64,000 nt of DNA from Escherichia phage vB_EcoM_VR25. Below, in pieces: positions 16,874 through 28,498 of this stretch. The notes under the pieces were generated by a model, which had not been told where the DNA came from, searched no databases, and worked only from the letters and a program-made list of their open reading frames with translations. Each line of letters starts with the position of its first letter. Position 1 is the stretch's first letter. The stretch is taken from sequence record NC_028925.1; one strand, given 5' to 3'. The position numbers were made by a program, and so were the translations under genes.

Positions 16874-19800
16874 ATGACCGTTAAAGCCCCTTCTGTTACT
16901 AGCTTGCGGATTGATAAACTATCTGCCAACCAGGTTAGTATTAAATGGGATGATGTAGGCTCCAACTTTTACTATTTTGTGGAGATTGCGCAAATCACAG
17001 AAAATGGAGTACACATCCCAACTAGAGATTTAATTTGGCGTGACCTTGGTTATACCGCAGACAATGAATGGTTCGAGCAGGAATATATTCGTCCGTTAAC
17101 AAGTTATCAGATGCGTGTGTCTGTTGCGGCAATGGGCTTCGAACAGTCTGATTGGGAATACACCGAAGAATTTGAAACCTTTGCAACAAACGCATATACT
17201 TTTGAACATATGCGCGAATTTAGTTTGGCCAATAAATTCATTGAAGAAAAATTCACCAATAACAATCAGAGATATATCAACTTTAACAATGATGCTATTA
17301 TGGCCTCATTGATGTCCGAAGACTTTACATGGACCTCTGCATATTCTCATTTGTCTTCAATCTCGAACTATGTTTTACAAGAAGACCAATATCACGAAAT
17401 CCAGGGACCGATTCAAGCAGTTTGTGTTGACCAAAACCGCACGATGCTTGCTGAACTCGGTGGAGTTCTTTATTTGTTCGAACGCTTCCAGCCGATGGTT
17501 AAAGTCTCCAATGACAAAGGTCAGAACTGGTATTACATAAGACTCTTTAACGAGCGTATCGGTAACCCTGTATCAAGAACTGTGTATTACCAGACTGATA
17601 CCACAACTTACGTTTTGGGGTATGACCGTATATTCTATGGTCGCCAATCAAGTGACATAAGATGGTCTGCAGATGATGTTCGATTCAGTTCTGAAGATAT
17701 TACATTTGCTAAAGTCGGTTCGGATATTAACCTTGGATTTGATATTGAAATCTTCGGTAACTATGCAAGACTTCCGGCCTATATTTCGCAAATAGCAGAA
17801 GCTATTACGGTTTCGGATGAGTTCATTTATGTCGCGGCTCGTGGTCGTGTATATAAAGCAAAAACCTCTGATGCGCCGATTGATACAACCCCAGGGTCTC
17901 CGACCTTTGGTGAAAAACTATTTGAAACTGGTTACAGTACAATTACGGCGAACCCTAAAGCAGTTTGCTATAAAATGGATTCGGTTCAAGGTCATACGTT
18001 TGCATTAATTACGGGCGAAGTTAAAGAAGAAAGACAAGACCCAACTAAACCTGAAAACGTTGTTGACTCTCTGGATAAAGGTGTTTATAAATTAGACCCT
18101 GTTACTGATACATGGACGAGAGTTTTTGGTAATACAGAAGAAGAACGTCGTCGAATCGAACATGGTTATGCGAGCATGTCAACTGATGGCATCGAAGTGT
18201 TCTTTAGCTCCAGCAACTTCAAATATTCGGTTGAGCCTGATACTGAACTCCCTCTTAAATATCCTGATGAAGTTAACGAAGCAGTCAAATACGTTTACGA
18301 TGAACAATGGATACATGATAAGCATTACCTGATGATGAGCTTCAGAGCTGGTGAAGATTCTGGCTTCGAAGAGTTCAAACCTGGGCGTATGACTTACTAT
18401 GCAGAGCCGTTCTTTAACTGGTCAAGACGTGACGATACTCGTTGTTGGATTACAACTTCTGACCGAGCAATGGTCGTATATAACGATGTCCTTTATCAGT
18501 ACATCATCGATACATTTGGTGGAACTTCCCCAGAACGTATTGTACATGAATACTGGAACAAAGGTCAAGTAACGATTACTGCACCTAACATCGAATTCAA
18601 TAGCTTTAAAAAATATGCCTCCGGGATTATGCTTCATAAAAATACCGGGGAATTAATTGGCTATTTTGAGTTTGACTATCGCGTGCGTGATGAAGTGCGT
18701 ATCATCTGGAAGCCAAAAGAAATTATGCTTATGGCTGAACTGCAAAACCAGGAACACGATATTCCATGGACTCCGGAAAATGAGAACAAGGAAAAAGACC
18801 CTGACTTACAGCCACTGTTAACGAAGATGGTCCCGGATAGTTATCTTTTACAGGATAGCAAATTTGAAAAATTCTGTGAATACTATTTGCAGTTCATCAG
18901 TGATGGCTCCGGTACATACTATAACAACCTGTTGAATCTTATTCGCAACCAATATCCGCGAGAGGAAGATGCATGGGAATATCTCTGGAGCGAAATGTAC
19001 AAACGCAACATTTATCTCTCCAAGGAAAAACGTGACGAAGCTGTTCGATTCTTCCAAGCCAGACAATCTGATTTTTGGGCAACAAAAGGCACAGAAGCGT
19101 CTTATAAGTTCCTGTTCAAATTGTTATATAATGAAGATGTTGAAATTGACATCGAATCCAAGAACGGAACCGAGTATGATATCGTAGTTGAATCTGATAA
19201 TATCAGTGAAGACATTGTAGGCCAAACCATTTATACCGCTACCGGGCGCAGTAATGTGACTTATATGGAGCGCGATTATAAAGATGGTAAATTAAGATGG
19301 CGCATCACGATTCATAACCTCCTGGGCCGTTTTATTGCTGGACAAGAAATTAAATCAGAAAGAACCTCATTCGAGGGGATGATTGTACAAGGTGTTCGTG
19401 GTAAAGAGTTGTTGAGTAACAACATCGATTATATTAACCGTAATCGCTCTTATTACGTAATGACAATTAAGTCAAACCTTCCGACCTCCCGTTATCGTAA
19501 TGACGTTTTAAGATTCGTTCACCCGGTTGGATTTGGATTCATCGGTATTACGTTGCTGACAATGTTTGTTAACGTTGGTTTGACTCTTAAACACACCGAG
19601 ACAATCATTAATAAATTAAGTAACTATAGATGGTCTTCTGGTATTCCGTCCGAATGGAATGACCGAGTTGCGGTGATTGGTGTTGATGGTACTATTGAGA
19701 AAAACCCTACCACAGGCGAAGCAATATATAACATCGCTCCTAATGCTGGTCAACCTTTCCCGTTACCTGCGGATTATGATGCTGAGAATGATTTCTCCAT

Positions 19801-19969
19801 GTTCTATGGGTTGTTACCGTCACAACGTCGTGGAAAATATAGTCCACTGTTTGACCAGTCTGCTGTTACATTCTCGAATTGGAGAGCATTAGTTGACCAA
19901 CGTCTTAAAGATGATATTGGTAATCCAAGAGACCCGGTTAATCCTACACAGGTAAATGTAAATGAATAA
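16874..19969 (+). CDS. 7: gp7 baseplate wedge initiator
   Basis: ORF track 1031 aa (T4 about 1032); conserved order. Confidence 0.85.
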   Translation: MTVKAPSVTSLRIDKLSANQVSIKWDDVGSNFYYFVEIAQITENGVHIPTRDLIWRDLGYTADNEWFEQEYIRPLTSYQMRVSVAAMGFEQSDWEYTEEFETFATNAYTFEHMREFSLANKFIEEKFTNNNQRYINFNNDAIMASLMSEDFTWTSAYSHLSSISNYVLQEDQYHEIQGPIQAVCVDQNRTMLAELGGVLYLFERFQPMVKVSNDKGQNWYYIRLFNERIGNPVSRTVYYQTDTTTYVLGYDRIFYGRQSSDIRWSADDVRFSSEDITFAKVGSDINLGFDIEIFGNYARLPAYISQIAEAITVSDEFIYVAARGRVYKAKTSDAPIDTTPGSPTFGEKLFETGYSTITANPKAVCYKMDSVQGHTFALITGEVKEERQDPTKPENVVDSLDKGVYKLDPVTDTWTRVFGNTEEERRRIEHGYASMSTDGIEVFFSSSNFKYSVEPDTELPLKYPDEVNEAVKYVYDEQWIHDKHYLMMSFRAGEDSGFEEFKPGRMTYYAEPFFNWSRRDDTRCWITTSDRAMVVYNDVLYQYIIDTFGGTSPERIVHEYWNKGQVTITAPNIEFNSFKKYASGIMLHKNTGELIGYFEFDYRVRDEVRIIWKPKEIMLMAELQNQEHDIPWTPENENKEKDPDLQPLLTKMVPDSYLLQDSKFEKFCEYYLQFISDGSGTYYNNLLNLIRNQYPREEDAWEYLWSEMYKRNIYLSKEKRDEAVRFFQARQSDFWATKGTEASYKFLFKLLYNEDVEIDIESKNGTEYDIVVESDNISEDIVGQTIYTATGRSNVTYMERDYKDGKLRWRITIHNLLGRFIAGQEIKSERTSFEGMIVQGVRGKELLSNNIDYINRNRSYYVMTIKSNLPTSRYRNDVLRFVHPVGFGFIGITLLTMFVNVGLTLKHTETIINKLSNYRWSSGIPSEWNDRVAVIGVDGTIEKNPTTGEAIYNIAPNAGQPFPLPADYDAENDFSMFYGLLPSQRRGKYSPLFDQSAVTFSNWRALVDQRLKDDIGNPRDPVNPTQVNVNE

Positions 19970-20966
19970 CTCTACCATAGTTTACCGTTCGATTGTTACA
20001 TCAAAATTCAGAACGGAAAAAATGTATAACTTTTACGGCGCTATCGGGGATAGCGCCACTGAAAATACAATGTATGTCACGTTCGGTCGTGCAGAACCAT
20101 GGGCTGCAAACGAGAACGACCCAGGGTTTGCTCCACCTTATCCGGTTGATGATGCTCAAGGCGTTGAAGATGTTTGGACTAATATGATGGGGGCAGTCAA
20201 GGTGTATAAATCTATGCTTGACTGTGTAGTTCCTCGTAAAGATTGGGGTGATGTTCGTTATCCTAACCCGTTGAACTTCCAGATTGGTGAAATTGTTGTA
20301 AGTAATACCGCGCCATATAACCGAACTGATGTTGGTAAAGGTTGGATGGTTTATCGTTGTGTGGATGTTCCTGAATCTGGTACATGTTCGATTTATTCCA
20401 TCACCAATAAGCAAGAATGTCTTAAGCTTGGTGGCAAATGGACATCAGACTATGCTTCCAGCCGTGCTCCATCTGGGACCGGTGACACCGAAGGTCGTGT
20501 TGATATGGGTGATGGCTATCTCTGGGAATATCTCTATGAGATTCCGCCTGACGTATCCATTAACCGCTGTACAAACGAATATATCGTTGTTCCATGGCCA
20601 GAAGAAATTGCAGAAGACCCAGAACGTTGGGGGTACAAAGATAACCTGACATGGCAGCAAGATGATTATGGTTTAATCTATCGTATCAAGGGTAATACAA
20701 TTCGATTCAAGGCTTTCATGGATTCGATTTATTTCCCCCAGTTCAGTCTTCCAGGTAACAAAGGATTTAGACAGATTTCAATTGTCGCCAACCCTCTGGA
20801 AATTAAAGCTGCACCTAATGACCCGAACATCAAAGCAACAAAAGAATATTACGATGCTATTGATTTGAGTCGACATTCTGGTGAAATGATTTACATGGAA
20901 AACAGACCACCTGTTTATCGTGCAATGGACCAAACCGAAGAAGTAAATATTATTTTTGAATTCTAA
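19962..20966 (+). CDS. 8: gp8 baseplate wedge protein
   Basis: ORF track 334 aa (T4 334). Confidence 0.85.
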   Translation: MNNSTIVYRSIVTSKFRTEKMYNFYGAIGDSATENTMYVTFGRAEPWAANENDPGFAPPYPVDDAQGVEDVWTNMMGAVKVYKSMLDCVVPRKDWGDVRYPNPLNFQIGEIVVSNTAPYNRTDVGKGWMVYRCVDVPESGTCSIYSITNKQECLKLGGKWTSDYASSRAPSGTGDTEGRVDMGDGYLWEYLYEIPPDVSINRCTNEYIVVPWPEEIAEDPERWGYKDNLTWQQDDYGLIYRIKGNTIRFKAFMDSIYFPQFSLPGNKGFRQISIVANPLEIKAAPNDPNIKATKEYYDAIDLSRHSGEMIYMENRPPVYRAMDQTEEVNIIFEF

Positions 20967-20969
20967 CTA

Positions 20970-20991
20970 GGGACCTTCGGGTCCCTTTTTT
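20970..20991 (+). terminator. rho-independent terminator GGGACC-UUCG-GGUCCC plus U-run
   Basis: perfect hairpin with UUCG tetraloop followed by TTTTTT. Confidence 0.6.
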
Positions 20992-20995
20992 ATTT

Positions 20996-21003
20996 TATAA
21001 ATA
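20996..21003 (+). promoter_or_regulatory. late promoter TATAAATA
   Basis: exact octamer 28 nt upstream of the gene 9 ATG. Confidence 0.55.
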
Positions 21004-21030
21004 TAGCTATATCAATAATGAGGCTTACCT

Positions 21031-21900
21031 ATGATTAATCAAACCCCAAAACTTTTAATAGATGTCGGCGAAATTGGTAACGCCAGCACCGGCGATATCT
21101 TATATGATGGTGGTCGTAAAATTAACGAAGATTTTGATAACGTCTACAATACCTTCGGTGACCAACGTCTTTATTCAATCGATAACGGTCAGAACTCCCA
21201 AGTCTTGCATGCTACTGGTTATTATCAAAAAGCAACAAACATAATCGAATGGAACACTCCTGTTGCACTCGGTTCTCTCCGTGACGTTGATACCTCCAAG
21301 GGTGTTGTTACTGCCAGGATTGCCCGCGGTAAAATGGGTGAAGGTATTATCTTCATTAACTCTAACGGGACTTTATCACCGACTCAATCTCTGGAAATCG
21401 AACTACAAGGCACAGATACTTTCGTTTCGGCTCCGACCAACAAAATTCGCTTCACCAGCCCTTACACAAAGATTACTCTTTGGTGTATCGATGATGCAAA
21501 CGGCGTCGGTACCTGGGATTATTCAATCGAAAATATGTTTGGTGTAAAACACATTCCTTTGGACCGAACTTATAATATTGGCCTGAACGCAAGAGATATT
21601 CCGATTGCATTGCGCGGTGATTTCAAAACAATGAAACTTTTGTTAACCGCTATATCTACTGATGAAACTAAATACAAAGCATCAGAGGTCATGCTCTTTG
21701 TAGACACTCAAGCTAACCAAGTGTATAGCACAGAATACGGTGTATTGCGTCGTGGTCACGTGAATGACGATGATGAGTTATATACCATTAACTTTAAAAT
21801 AGGCGCTGACAACTTCGTTACGGCGACCGTAAGCGCACCAGTCTCCATGAAGCTCGCCTTTAAGGTAGCCGAGACACAAACCATTGGGGTAGCAATCTAA
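21031..21900 (+). CDS. 9: gp9 baseplate wedge tail-fiber connector
   Basis: ORF track 289 aa; ...IDVGEIGNASTGDILYDGG... matches T4 gp9. Confidence 0.88.
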   Translation: MINQTPKLLIDVGEIGNASTGDILYDGGRKINEDFDNVYNTFGDQRLYSIDNGQNSQVLHATGYYQKATNIIEWNTPVALGSLRDVDTSKGVVTARIARGKMGEGIIFINSNGTLSPTQSLEIELQGTDTFVSAPTNKIRFTSPYTKITLWCIDDANGVGTWDYSIENMFGVKHIPLDRTYNIGLNARDIPIALRGDFKTMKLLLTAISTDETKYKASEVMLFVDTQANQVYSTEYGVLRRGHVNDDDELYTINFKIGADNFVTATVSAPVSMKLAFKVAETQTIGVAI

Positions 21901-23711
21901 TGAAACAAAATTTAAAAATAGGCGTGATGGTCGATGATGGCACCGGCGATTATCTTCGTCTCGGCGGCCAAAAAATTAATAATAACTTTGATGACCTTTA
22001 CTACCAGCTCGGTGATGGGGAAAATCCTCATGCTGCTGGCGCATGGAAAACATGGTCAGTAGCTGATGGTACAACCCTGGAAGCTGTTATGGGTCGTAGC
22101 TATGCAGTGAATACCTCAAATGGTATGATTACTGTTAAACTCCCTAAAGGAACTCCAGCCGAATATAATTACGTTATTCGTTTGCGTGATGTATTTGCAA
22201 CATGGCAAGTCTCCCCGGTGACGATTGTTCCGGCTGTCGGTGACACAATGAAAGGTTCTCCTGACCCTGTTATTATCCGTCGCAACCTGGCAGATATCGA
22301 ACTGGTTTATTGCTCTCCGGGTCGTTGGGAATATATTGACAACAAACAAATTGACAAGATTTCGAATAACGATGTAGCAACCGTTGAGACCCAGCAATTC
22401 ATTGCAACAGAAGGCCAAACGGACTTCCTGGATGTGTTTAATGGTCGTCCTTATAACATTGCTAGCCTCGAAGTTAAACATCGTGGTAACGACCTGTTTT
22501 ATGGTAAAGATGATATTTTCGACCCGGTTAATGCTGAATTCGGTTCCCCTGGGGCATCACCTGGTGAAATTGTAACCCTTGATGGTCGCAATATTCGTTT
22601 ACGTATGCCTTGTGCTGCCGGTGATACAGTCATTGTTAGAACATTCAACGATGGTATTGCCCAGTATCGTAGTTCTTATAACCGCCGTGATGTTCAAATT
22701 CGTGATTCGAAATTTACCCTTGAAACCCCGGTTGAAGGTTCTTTGGTTGTAGCTGATTTATCTACTAAACATCTTTTTATGGTTACTGAACTGGCGGTAT
22801 CTCCAAGCAGTCCGATTAACCCGAATGCATGCGAAGTTTATATCAACAGCATATTGCAGCACGAAGCCGGGACTGCAAACTATCCAGCTTATACATGCGA
22901 AGGTGCTGATGGTGAAACTGCAGAAGAGTGTACAGATAATGGTGGTCAATGGTCTAAATCAAAAGAAGACTATATAACAGCCTTTGATGAAGACAACCGT
23001 ATTGAATCTTTTGAGTTTGCTCGCACATTTGAAGATGGTGATATTCTGTCTATCGTTTGGTATAATAACGATATCGGCACCACAATGACTCTTGACGAAA
23101 TTACAGATGAAACAAATAACATCTATGTTTCCCAGGGTCCAGAAGTTTCAATCACCGGCGATATAAGAATTACGGATTACGATAATCCATTTGCTCCTAA
23201 CCTGGAACCGGTTGACCCGAGCGAAATTAAACCATCTGCTGTTTCGATTCTCTTTAATATGTTCCACCCAATTGGCACAATTTATGAGAATACGACTAAC
23301 CCAAATAACCCTGCAACATATATGGGTATGGGAACATGGAAGCGCCTTGAAGAGCGTGTTTTGATTGGTTGGTCTGCTGACCCTGCCTCGAACTTCCATA
23401 CGAACAATAACGACCTAGATTCTTCTGGTGTTCCACAGGCAACTGCAGGCGGAACTGGTGGTGATGTGCAGATTCATATTAAACCGGCCAATATTCCTAA
23501 AATTCAGACCGATGAAAAAGTATTGGTAGCTGATGCAACTGGCCCAATTATTGTTGGTGGTTGTCAGATTGACCCGGATGCGCAAGGTCCTGCTTATACA
23601 AACTATCGTGAAGACAAAGCAACCATTAACGAAGCTCTTGACCCACTGGCCCAGCCAATAGCTACGCTTCCTCCATATTTGATTGTTTACCGTTGGGTAA
23701 GGATTGCATAA
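21900..23711 (+). CDS. 10: gp10 baseplate wedge / tail pin
   Basis: ORF track 603 aa; ...VDDGTGDYLR...GAWKT... and C-terminus ...YRWVRIA match T4 gp10. Confidence 0.88.
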   Translation: MKQNLKIGVMVDDGTGDYLRLGGQKINNNFDDLYYQLGDGENPHAAGAWKTWSVADGTTLEAVMGRSYAVNTSNGMITVKLPKGTPAEYNYVIRLRDVFATWQVSPVTIVPAVGDTMKGSPDPVIIRRNLADIELVYCSPGRWEYIDNKQIDKISNNDVATVETQQFIATEGQTDFLDVFNGRPYNIASLEVKHRGNDLFYGKDDIFDPVNAEFGSPGASPGEIVTLDGRNIRLRMPCAAGDTVIVRTFNDGIAQYRSSYNRRDVQIRDSKFTLETPVEGSLVVADLSTKHLFMVTELAVSPSSPINPNACEVYINSILQHEAGTANYPAYTCEGADGETAEECTDNGGQWSKSKEDYITAFDEDNRIESFEFARTFEDGDILSIVWYNNDIGTTMTLDEITDETNNIYVSQGPEVSITGDIRITDYDNPFAPNLEPVDPSEIKPSAVSILFNMFHPIGTIYENTTNPNNPATYMGMGTWKRLEERVLIGWSADPASNFHTNNNDLDSSGVPQATAGGTGGDVQIHIKPANIPKIQTDEKVLVADATGPIIVGGCQIDPDAQGPAYTNYREDKATINEALDPLAQPIATLPPYLIVYRWVRIA

Positions 23712-24376
23712 TGACTACGTTGACAAATAAAAAGGCGAGTGTAATATCTCGCCAGGCTGGTTACCTCCAGTTTGATTATACAACTACTGATTCCACTGCT
23801 GTAGCGGGTAACCGCTATATCGGTGGCCCGTCTGCTAACCAGACAAATGATGGTGTGTTCTATCCAACAGTCCAAAGTGCAATTGATGATATTGCATTTC
23901 GTGCAGAACTCCCTGTTGGTTCGATAATTACTCGTCATGAGAATACCGCCCCTGGATTTATTAGTCAGTCTGATAAAATTAAGTTCACTGGGTCTATTTC
24001 CGGTGAAACTCTTGGCGCAACCGTGCTTATTAAAGTATTCGGTTTCCCGGTAGAAGTTATTGTTGGTGACTCAAGCGTGCTGGTTGCATCGAAGGTCAAT
24101 GATGTTCTTTTGACTGCAATTTCACAAGGTCTTATTCTTGCGGAAACAGCAATTGATGCACTGGACCAGTCTATATTAAATATTACATATAACGACTATC
24201 AGAATCATATCTTTGAATCCAAATCCCAATATGGTTGCGTTATGGAACAAACTATTGTTCAACAACCACGTGCTGGGTATGGACAATGGGAATATCTTGG
24301 TGCACAAGATGTAACCTTGCAAGGTGGTTCGGTTAATGGTCCAACATCTCTTTACTACTATAAGCGAGTCTACTAA
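23711..24376 (+). CDS. 11: gp11 baseplate wedge / short tail fiber attachment
   Basis: ORF track 23693..24376 trimmed to ATG at 23711 overlapping the gene 10 stop (TAATG). Confidence 0.8.
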   Translation: MTTLTNKKASVISRQAGYLQFDYTTTDSTAVAGNRYIGGPSANQTNDGVFYPTVQSAIDDIAFRAELPVGSIITRHENTAPGFISQSDKIKFTGSISGETLGATVLIKVFGFPVEVIVGDSSVLVASKVNDVLLTAISQGLILAETAIDALDQSILNITYNDYQNHIFESKSQYGCVMEQTIVQQPRAGYGQWEYLGAQDVTLQGGSVNGPTSLYYYKRVY

Positions 24377-25911
24377 TGACAACGACTAACACGCTAAAAC
24401 ATATTAGCGATAAATCCGAATATAAAACATTTGACCCGACGGGAACTTCATTTCCTCCGTCAGTAACAAATGTTCAGGAAGCATTGGGGGCTTTGGCTCC
24501 TATTGCTATTGATGGATTTATCCCAGAATCTACGGTTGCGGTACCAGGTATTATTCGCCTGGCGACTGAACAAGAAGTTATTGATGGCATAGGCAATAAC
24601 ACAGCAGTAACCCCCGAAACTCTTAAAGCTCGTTTGAATATTCCAACCCAGGCCACAGAGACTGTTGTCGGAATTACCCGTTACGCAACCAATGCAGAAG
24701 CTATTGATGGCACAGTAACCGATGCAGCTATTGTCCCATCAAGCCTTAAAGCTTCTATTGATAATACATTTAATACCCGCACTTCTACAGAAGACCGTAA
24801 TGGTGTAATTAAGATTTCGACCCAAGCCGCTGCTCTGGCAGGAACGGATGATACAACGGCCATGACTCCTTTGAAGGTTTCATTGGCCATCGGTGCAGCA
24901 ACTGCAGCTCTTCCAACTTATAGCACAGCAACAACCACTATACAAGGGATTGTTAAAATTGCAACCCCAGCCGAGGTTCAAGCTGGTGCAATGAATAACG
25001 GTGTGGCAGTTTCTCCACTTGGGCTTATTTCATTGACTGCAAATGCCTCCCGCAGAGGGTTGGTCCAATTGGCTTCCAGTGCTGAAGCAATTACAGGTAC
25101 GGATGCAACAAAAGCAATTACTCCACAAGCTCTTCAGGCAAAAACTGGTAATACCGGGCGACTTGGCATTGTCAAACTGACAACTACCGTTGGTTCAGGG
25201 GATGGTAACACTGCTCTTGCATATAATGCAAACGTAATTTCAACCACTGGCGGTACAATTAATGGAACTCTTAACGTTAATGGAACTTTACGCAGAAATG
25301 GTCAGGATGTTGTAACCCGTAACGAACTAAAAGATAGTGTGCCAATCGGAACTATTATTATGTGGGGCGGTCAAACTGGTAATATTCCTTCTGGTTGGGA
25401 AATTTGTGACGGCGGTAATGTCGGTGATGCTGGTTTCCGAAATGTCGTTGGTAGTAAATGGGGCGCAACTGGTAATAAGCCAGATTTTCGTGGATTGTTT
25501 CCCCGTGGTTCCAACAGCTCTAACGATGGTGCTATGAAGGAATGGGAAACAAACATTAATATAAGAAACGCCAAGGGAAATGATTCCAAACAAAAACCTA
25601 AATTGGGCCAAGGTGTTGGTTCATATGGTCACGGTACAGTACAGGCACAACAACTCCGTTTCCACAAGCACGCCGGTGGTTTTGGTGAACATGATAATTC
25701 GGGTGCATTTGGTAACACAGTTCGTTCAAACTATGCAGGCACCCGTAAAGGTTTGGACTGGGATAACCGTTCTTATTTTACGAACGAAGGTTATGAAATC
25801 GATGGCGCTGGTAGCCGTGATTCTCGAACTACATTAAACAGCGAAGGTCTGATAGGTAATGAAAGCCGCCCATGGTCCATGTCCATTCTTTTTATTATTA
25901 AGGTCAGATAA
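24376..25911 (+). CDS. 12: gp12 short tail fiber
   Basis: ORF track 511 aa; conserved order. Confidence 0.85.
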   Translation: MTTTNTLKHISDKSEYKTFDPTGTSFPPSVTNVQEALGALAPIAIDGFIPESTVAVPGIIRLATEQEVIDGIGNNTAVTPETLKARLNIPTQATETVVGITRYATNAEAIDGTVTDAAIVPSSLKASIDNTFNTRTSTEDRNGVIKISTQAAALAGTDDTTAMTPLKVSLAIGAATAALPTYSTATTTIQGIVKIATPAEVQAGAMNNGVAVSPLGLISLTANASRRGLVQLASSAEAITGTDATKAITPQALQAKTGNTGRLGIVKLTTTVGSGDGNTALAYNANVISTTGGTINGTLNVNGTLRRNGQDVVTRNELKDSVPIGTIIMWGGQTGNIPSGWEICDGGNVGDAGFRNVVGSKWGATGNKPDFRGLFPRGSNSSNDGAMKEWETNINIRNAKGNDSKQKPKLGQGVGSYGHGTVQAQQLRFHKHAGGFGEHDNSGAFGNTVRSNYAGTRKGLDWDNRSYFTNEGYEIDGAGSRDSRTTLNSEGLIGNESRPWSMSILFIIKVR

Positions 25912-25920
25912 GGAATAAAA

Positions 25921-27507
25921 ATGATTAACAAATTAGAATTAGCGAATCTTCCGTTTGTCGATGGTGTACCAGAAGCTGACCAGAAACGAATTGAATGGAT
26001 TCGCAACGGTGATTGCTTAACTGCAGCCACTACCAAATACGGGCACGATGGTGCCCTTAATGCTGCAGCTTTGGGTGTGCAGACCAACGTTGAAACTCTG
26101 GAAAAGAATGACACGACCACTAAAGACAAAGTAAACGAAATTGTCGATAGCGTTAACCAGATTAAAGAAGCTCTGGATATTTCTACAGATGCAAGCGTTA
26201 TTCAACAGATTGAAACCAACCGTATTAATATTGTAAGCCTCCAGACAGGATTAGCTGAAACTGATATTGCTTTACTTGATACCAGTACAAATCTCGGTGA
26301 ATTACAGGAAGATGTTGGTTATTATAACCCACTGGAAGATGGACCATATTTGACCGTGCGCGCCAATATTAATCGTATTAAGCGCGAAATGGGCCATTAT
26401 GCGAACCAAGATATCAACGGTGACCCATTGCCTGAAGGTGAAACCAATGATGCCACCGGGATGAAACGTATTATCATCGATAACAGTACGGCAATTGCAA
26501 CCACGCAACGTCGTCTTACTATTCTCGAAGATAATTATAATGATTCGGATGTTGGTGGCCTCACGATTAAATTAAATGAGATGCGCGAAGAACTTGGTCC
26601 TCGCACTGAAGGTATTGGTAAATCTCCTGTTTATACTCGTTTGACTGCAGTCGAAGCTAAAGCGGAAACTAATGAAACTGATGTAAGCAATATCAAAGCC
26701 GCAATTGGTTTTGACCAAGGACAAAGTATTGCAAACCGTGTTGGGACTCTGGAAACCAAGGCAACAAATTTAGAAAATACCACATCTGGTATGAATACAA
26801 GATTGTCAACGGTTGAAACTGATATTGGCACTGATGCCGAACCTACTTCAATTAATGGTCGTCTAAAAACGTTGCGTGACGATATGACAGGTGTTCGTGT
26901 TGTTATCGGGGAAAATACAAGCAGTGGTTTGCAAGGACAAGTTGTTGCCCTTAACGTTGCAGTAGGTATTAGCGATAGCCCGGCGCCAACTTCCTTGATT
27001 CCGCGTATGCGTGAAGTCGAAACTTCTAGTCGCGCAAATACCGCGGCTATTCAGGATATTCAGGCTGAAATTGGTAACAATCAGTCAGGCATCAAAGGTT
27101 CTATCCTGACGATTAAATCACAAATCGACGGGACTAACCCAAACGGTTCTACGGTTGCTGAAAAAGGTATTCTTCCGACTGTTGAAACTCTTAACAACGA
27201 AATGCCTACCAAAATTAGTGATGCTCCATCTGATACGAAGATATATGGTCGCCGTGATGCAGCATGGGTAGAAATCGCTACAGGCGGTGATGTATCTGCT
27301 CTGACATTGCGTGTGGATGGTATCGAAACGCGCACCGGTGAAGCCGAGACGAAGATAACTGAACTAGAAGGTAAAGTATCAGCCCTAGAAACAGAGCTCT
27401 CCAAAAGGCCTCCTGTCGCCCCTGCGGCTGATGGTCTTCCTTATGTACTTGTTGATAATGCATGGGTTCTTTTGTCTACATTCGTGACATTAAATCCAGC
27501 GCCATAA
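25921..27507 (+). CDS. wac: fibritin (whisker antigen control)
   Basis: ORF track 528 aa; coiled-coil body and C-terminal foldon-like ...PYVLVDNAWVLLSTF... Confidence 0.85.
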   Translation: MINKLELANLPFVDGVPEADQKRIEWIRNGDCLTAATTKYGHDGALNAAALGVQTNVETLEKNDTTTKDKVNEIVDSVNQIKEALDISTDASVIQQIETNRINIVSLQTGLAETDIALLDTSTNLGELQEDVGYYNPLEDGPYLTVRANINRIKREMGHYANQDINGDPLPEGETNDATGMKRIIIDNSTAIATTQRRLTILEDNYNDSDVGGLTIKLNEMREELGPRTEGIGKSPVYTRLTAVEAKAETNETDVSNIKAAIGFDQGQSIANRVGTLETKATNLENTTSGMNTRLSTVETDIGTDAEPTSINGRLKTLRDDMTGVRVVIGENTSSGLQGQVVALNVAVGISDSPAPTSLIPRMREVETSSRANTAAIQDIQAEIGNNQSGIKGSILTIKSQIDGTNPNGSTVAEKGILPTVETLNNEMPTKISDAPSDTKIYGRRDAAWVEIATGGDVSALTLRVDGIETRTGEAETKITELEGKVSALETELSKRPPVAPAADGLPYVLVDNAWVLLSTFVTLNPAP

Positions 27508-27513
27508 CAAAAA

Positions 27514-27531
27514 GGGCTTCGGCCCTTTTTT
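27514..27531 (+). terminator. rho-independent terminator GGGC-UUCG-GCCC plus U6
   Basis: hairpin read directly. Confidence 0.6.
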
Positions 27532-27533
27532 CG

Positions 27534-27541
27534 TATAAATA
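27534..27541 (+). promoter_or_regulatory. late promoter TATAAATA
   Basis: exact octamer upstream of gene 13. Confidence 0.55.
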
Positions 27542-27559
27542 CAGTAAAGAGGAAAACAT

Positions 27560-28498
27560 ATGGCAACTGAATCATACAACCCGAAACAATTAAAAGATGC
27601 AATCCTTCGTCGTCTTGGTGCACCAATCACGAATATCGAAGTTACGACCGAACAGGTTTATGATTGTATCCAGCGTGCATTAGAATTATATGGCGAATAT
27701 CATTATAATGGTTACAACAAAGGCTATCAGGCTTTTTATATTGGTCATGATGAAGTTTCACAACAGAAATTCCGTGATGGTGTTTTCGATTTAAAAGGTC
27801 GTAATATTTTTGCAGTAACACAAATTATTCGTACTAACGTCGGTTCATTAACTTCAATGGATGGCCAGGCAACATATCCATGGTTTACAGATTTCGTTCT
27901 GGGACTTGCCGGGATTAACGGTGGGATGGGTAGCTCGTGTAATAGCTTTGGGCCAAATGCCTTTGGTGCAGACCTTGGTTATTTTACACAGCTTATGCAA
28001 TATCGTTCGATGATGCAAGACCTGATGGTTCCACTGCCAGATTACTGGTATAATGACGATACTGAACAACTTAAAATTATGGGCAACTTCCGCCAGGGAG
28101 ATGTGATTGTAATTGAAGTTTACACCAAATCCTTTAATGGCGTTGATGCAATGGCCAGCAATACGGCAGGTTATGGTTATGCTTCTGGTGATTGTTCAAA
28201 TCCATGGAACACTGGTGCGCAGTGGGATAACCCTGCACGCAGAATAAGCGGCATGAGAGCTGGTGAGGACCTTGGACTTCAAGATGGCGCATACAACAAC
28301 CGTTGGGTGAAAGACTATGCCACGGCGCTTGTTAAGGAAGTTAACGGCAACGTATTGGCAAAGCACCAGGGAATGATGATGCCAGGTGGAGTTACGGTTG
28401 ATGGTGTTCGTTTAATTGAAGAAGCTCGTATGGAAAAAGAACGTCTCCGCGAAGAACTTGACCTGCTGGATGCACCGACTCCTATATTGGTGGGCTAA
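27560..28498 (+). CDS. 13: gp13 neck protein
   Basis: ORF track 312 aa; conserved order. Confidence 0.82.
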   Translation: MATESYNPKQLKDAILRRLGAPITNIEVTTEQVYDCIQRALELYGEYHYNGYNKGYQAFYIGHDEVSQQKFRDGVFDLKGRNIFAVTQIIRTNVGSLTSMDGQATYPWFTDFVLGLAGINGGMGSSCNSFGPNAFGADLGYFTQLMQYRSMMQDLMVPLPDYWYNDDTEQLKIMGNFRQGDVIVIEVYTKSFNGVDAMASNTAGYGYASGDCSNPWNTGAQWDNPARRISGMRAGEDLGLQDGAYNNRWVKDYATALVKEVNGNVLAKHQGMMMPGGVTVDGVRLIEEARMEKERLREELDLLDAPTPILVG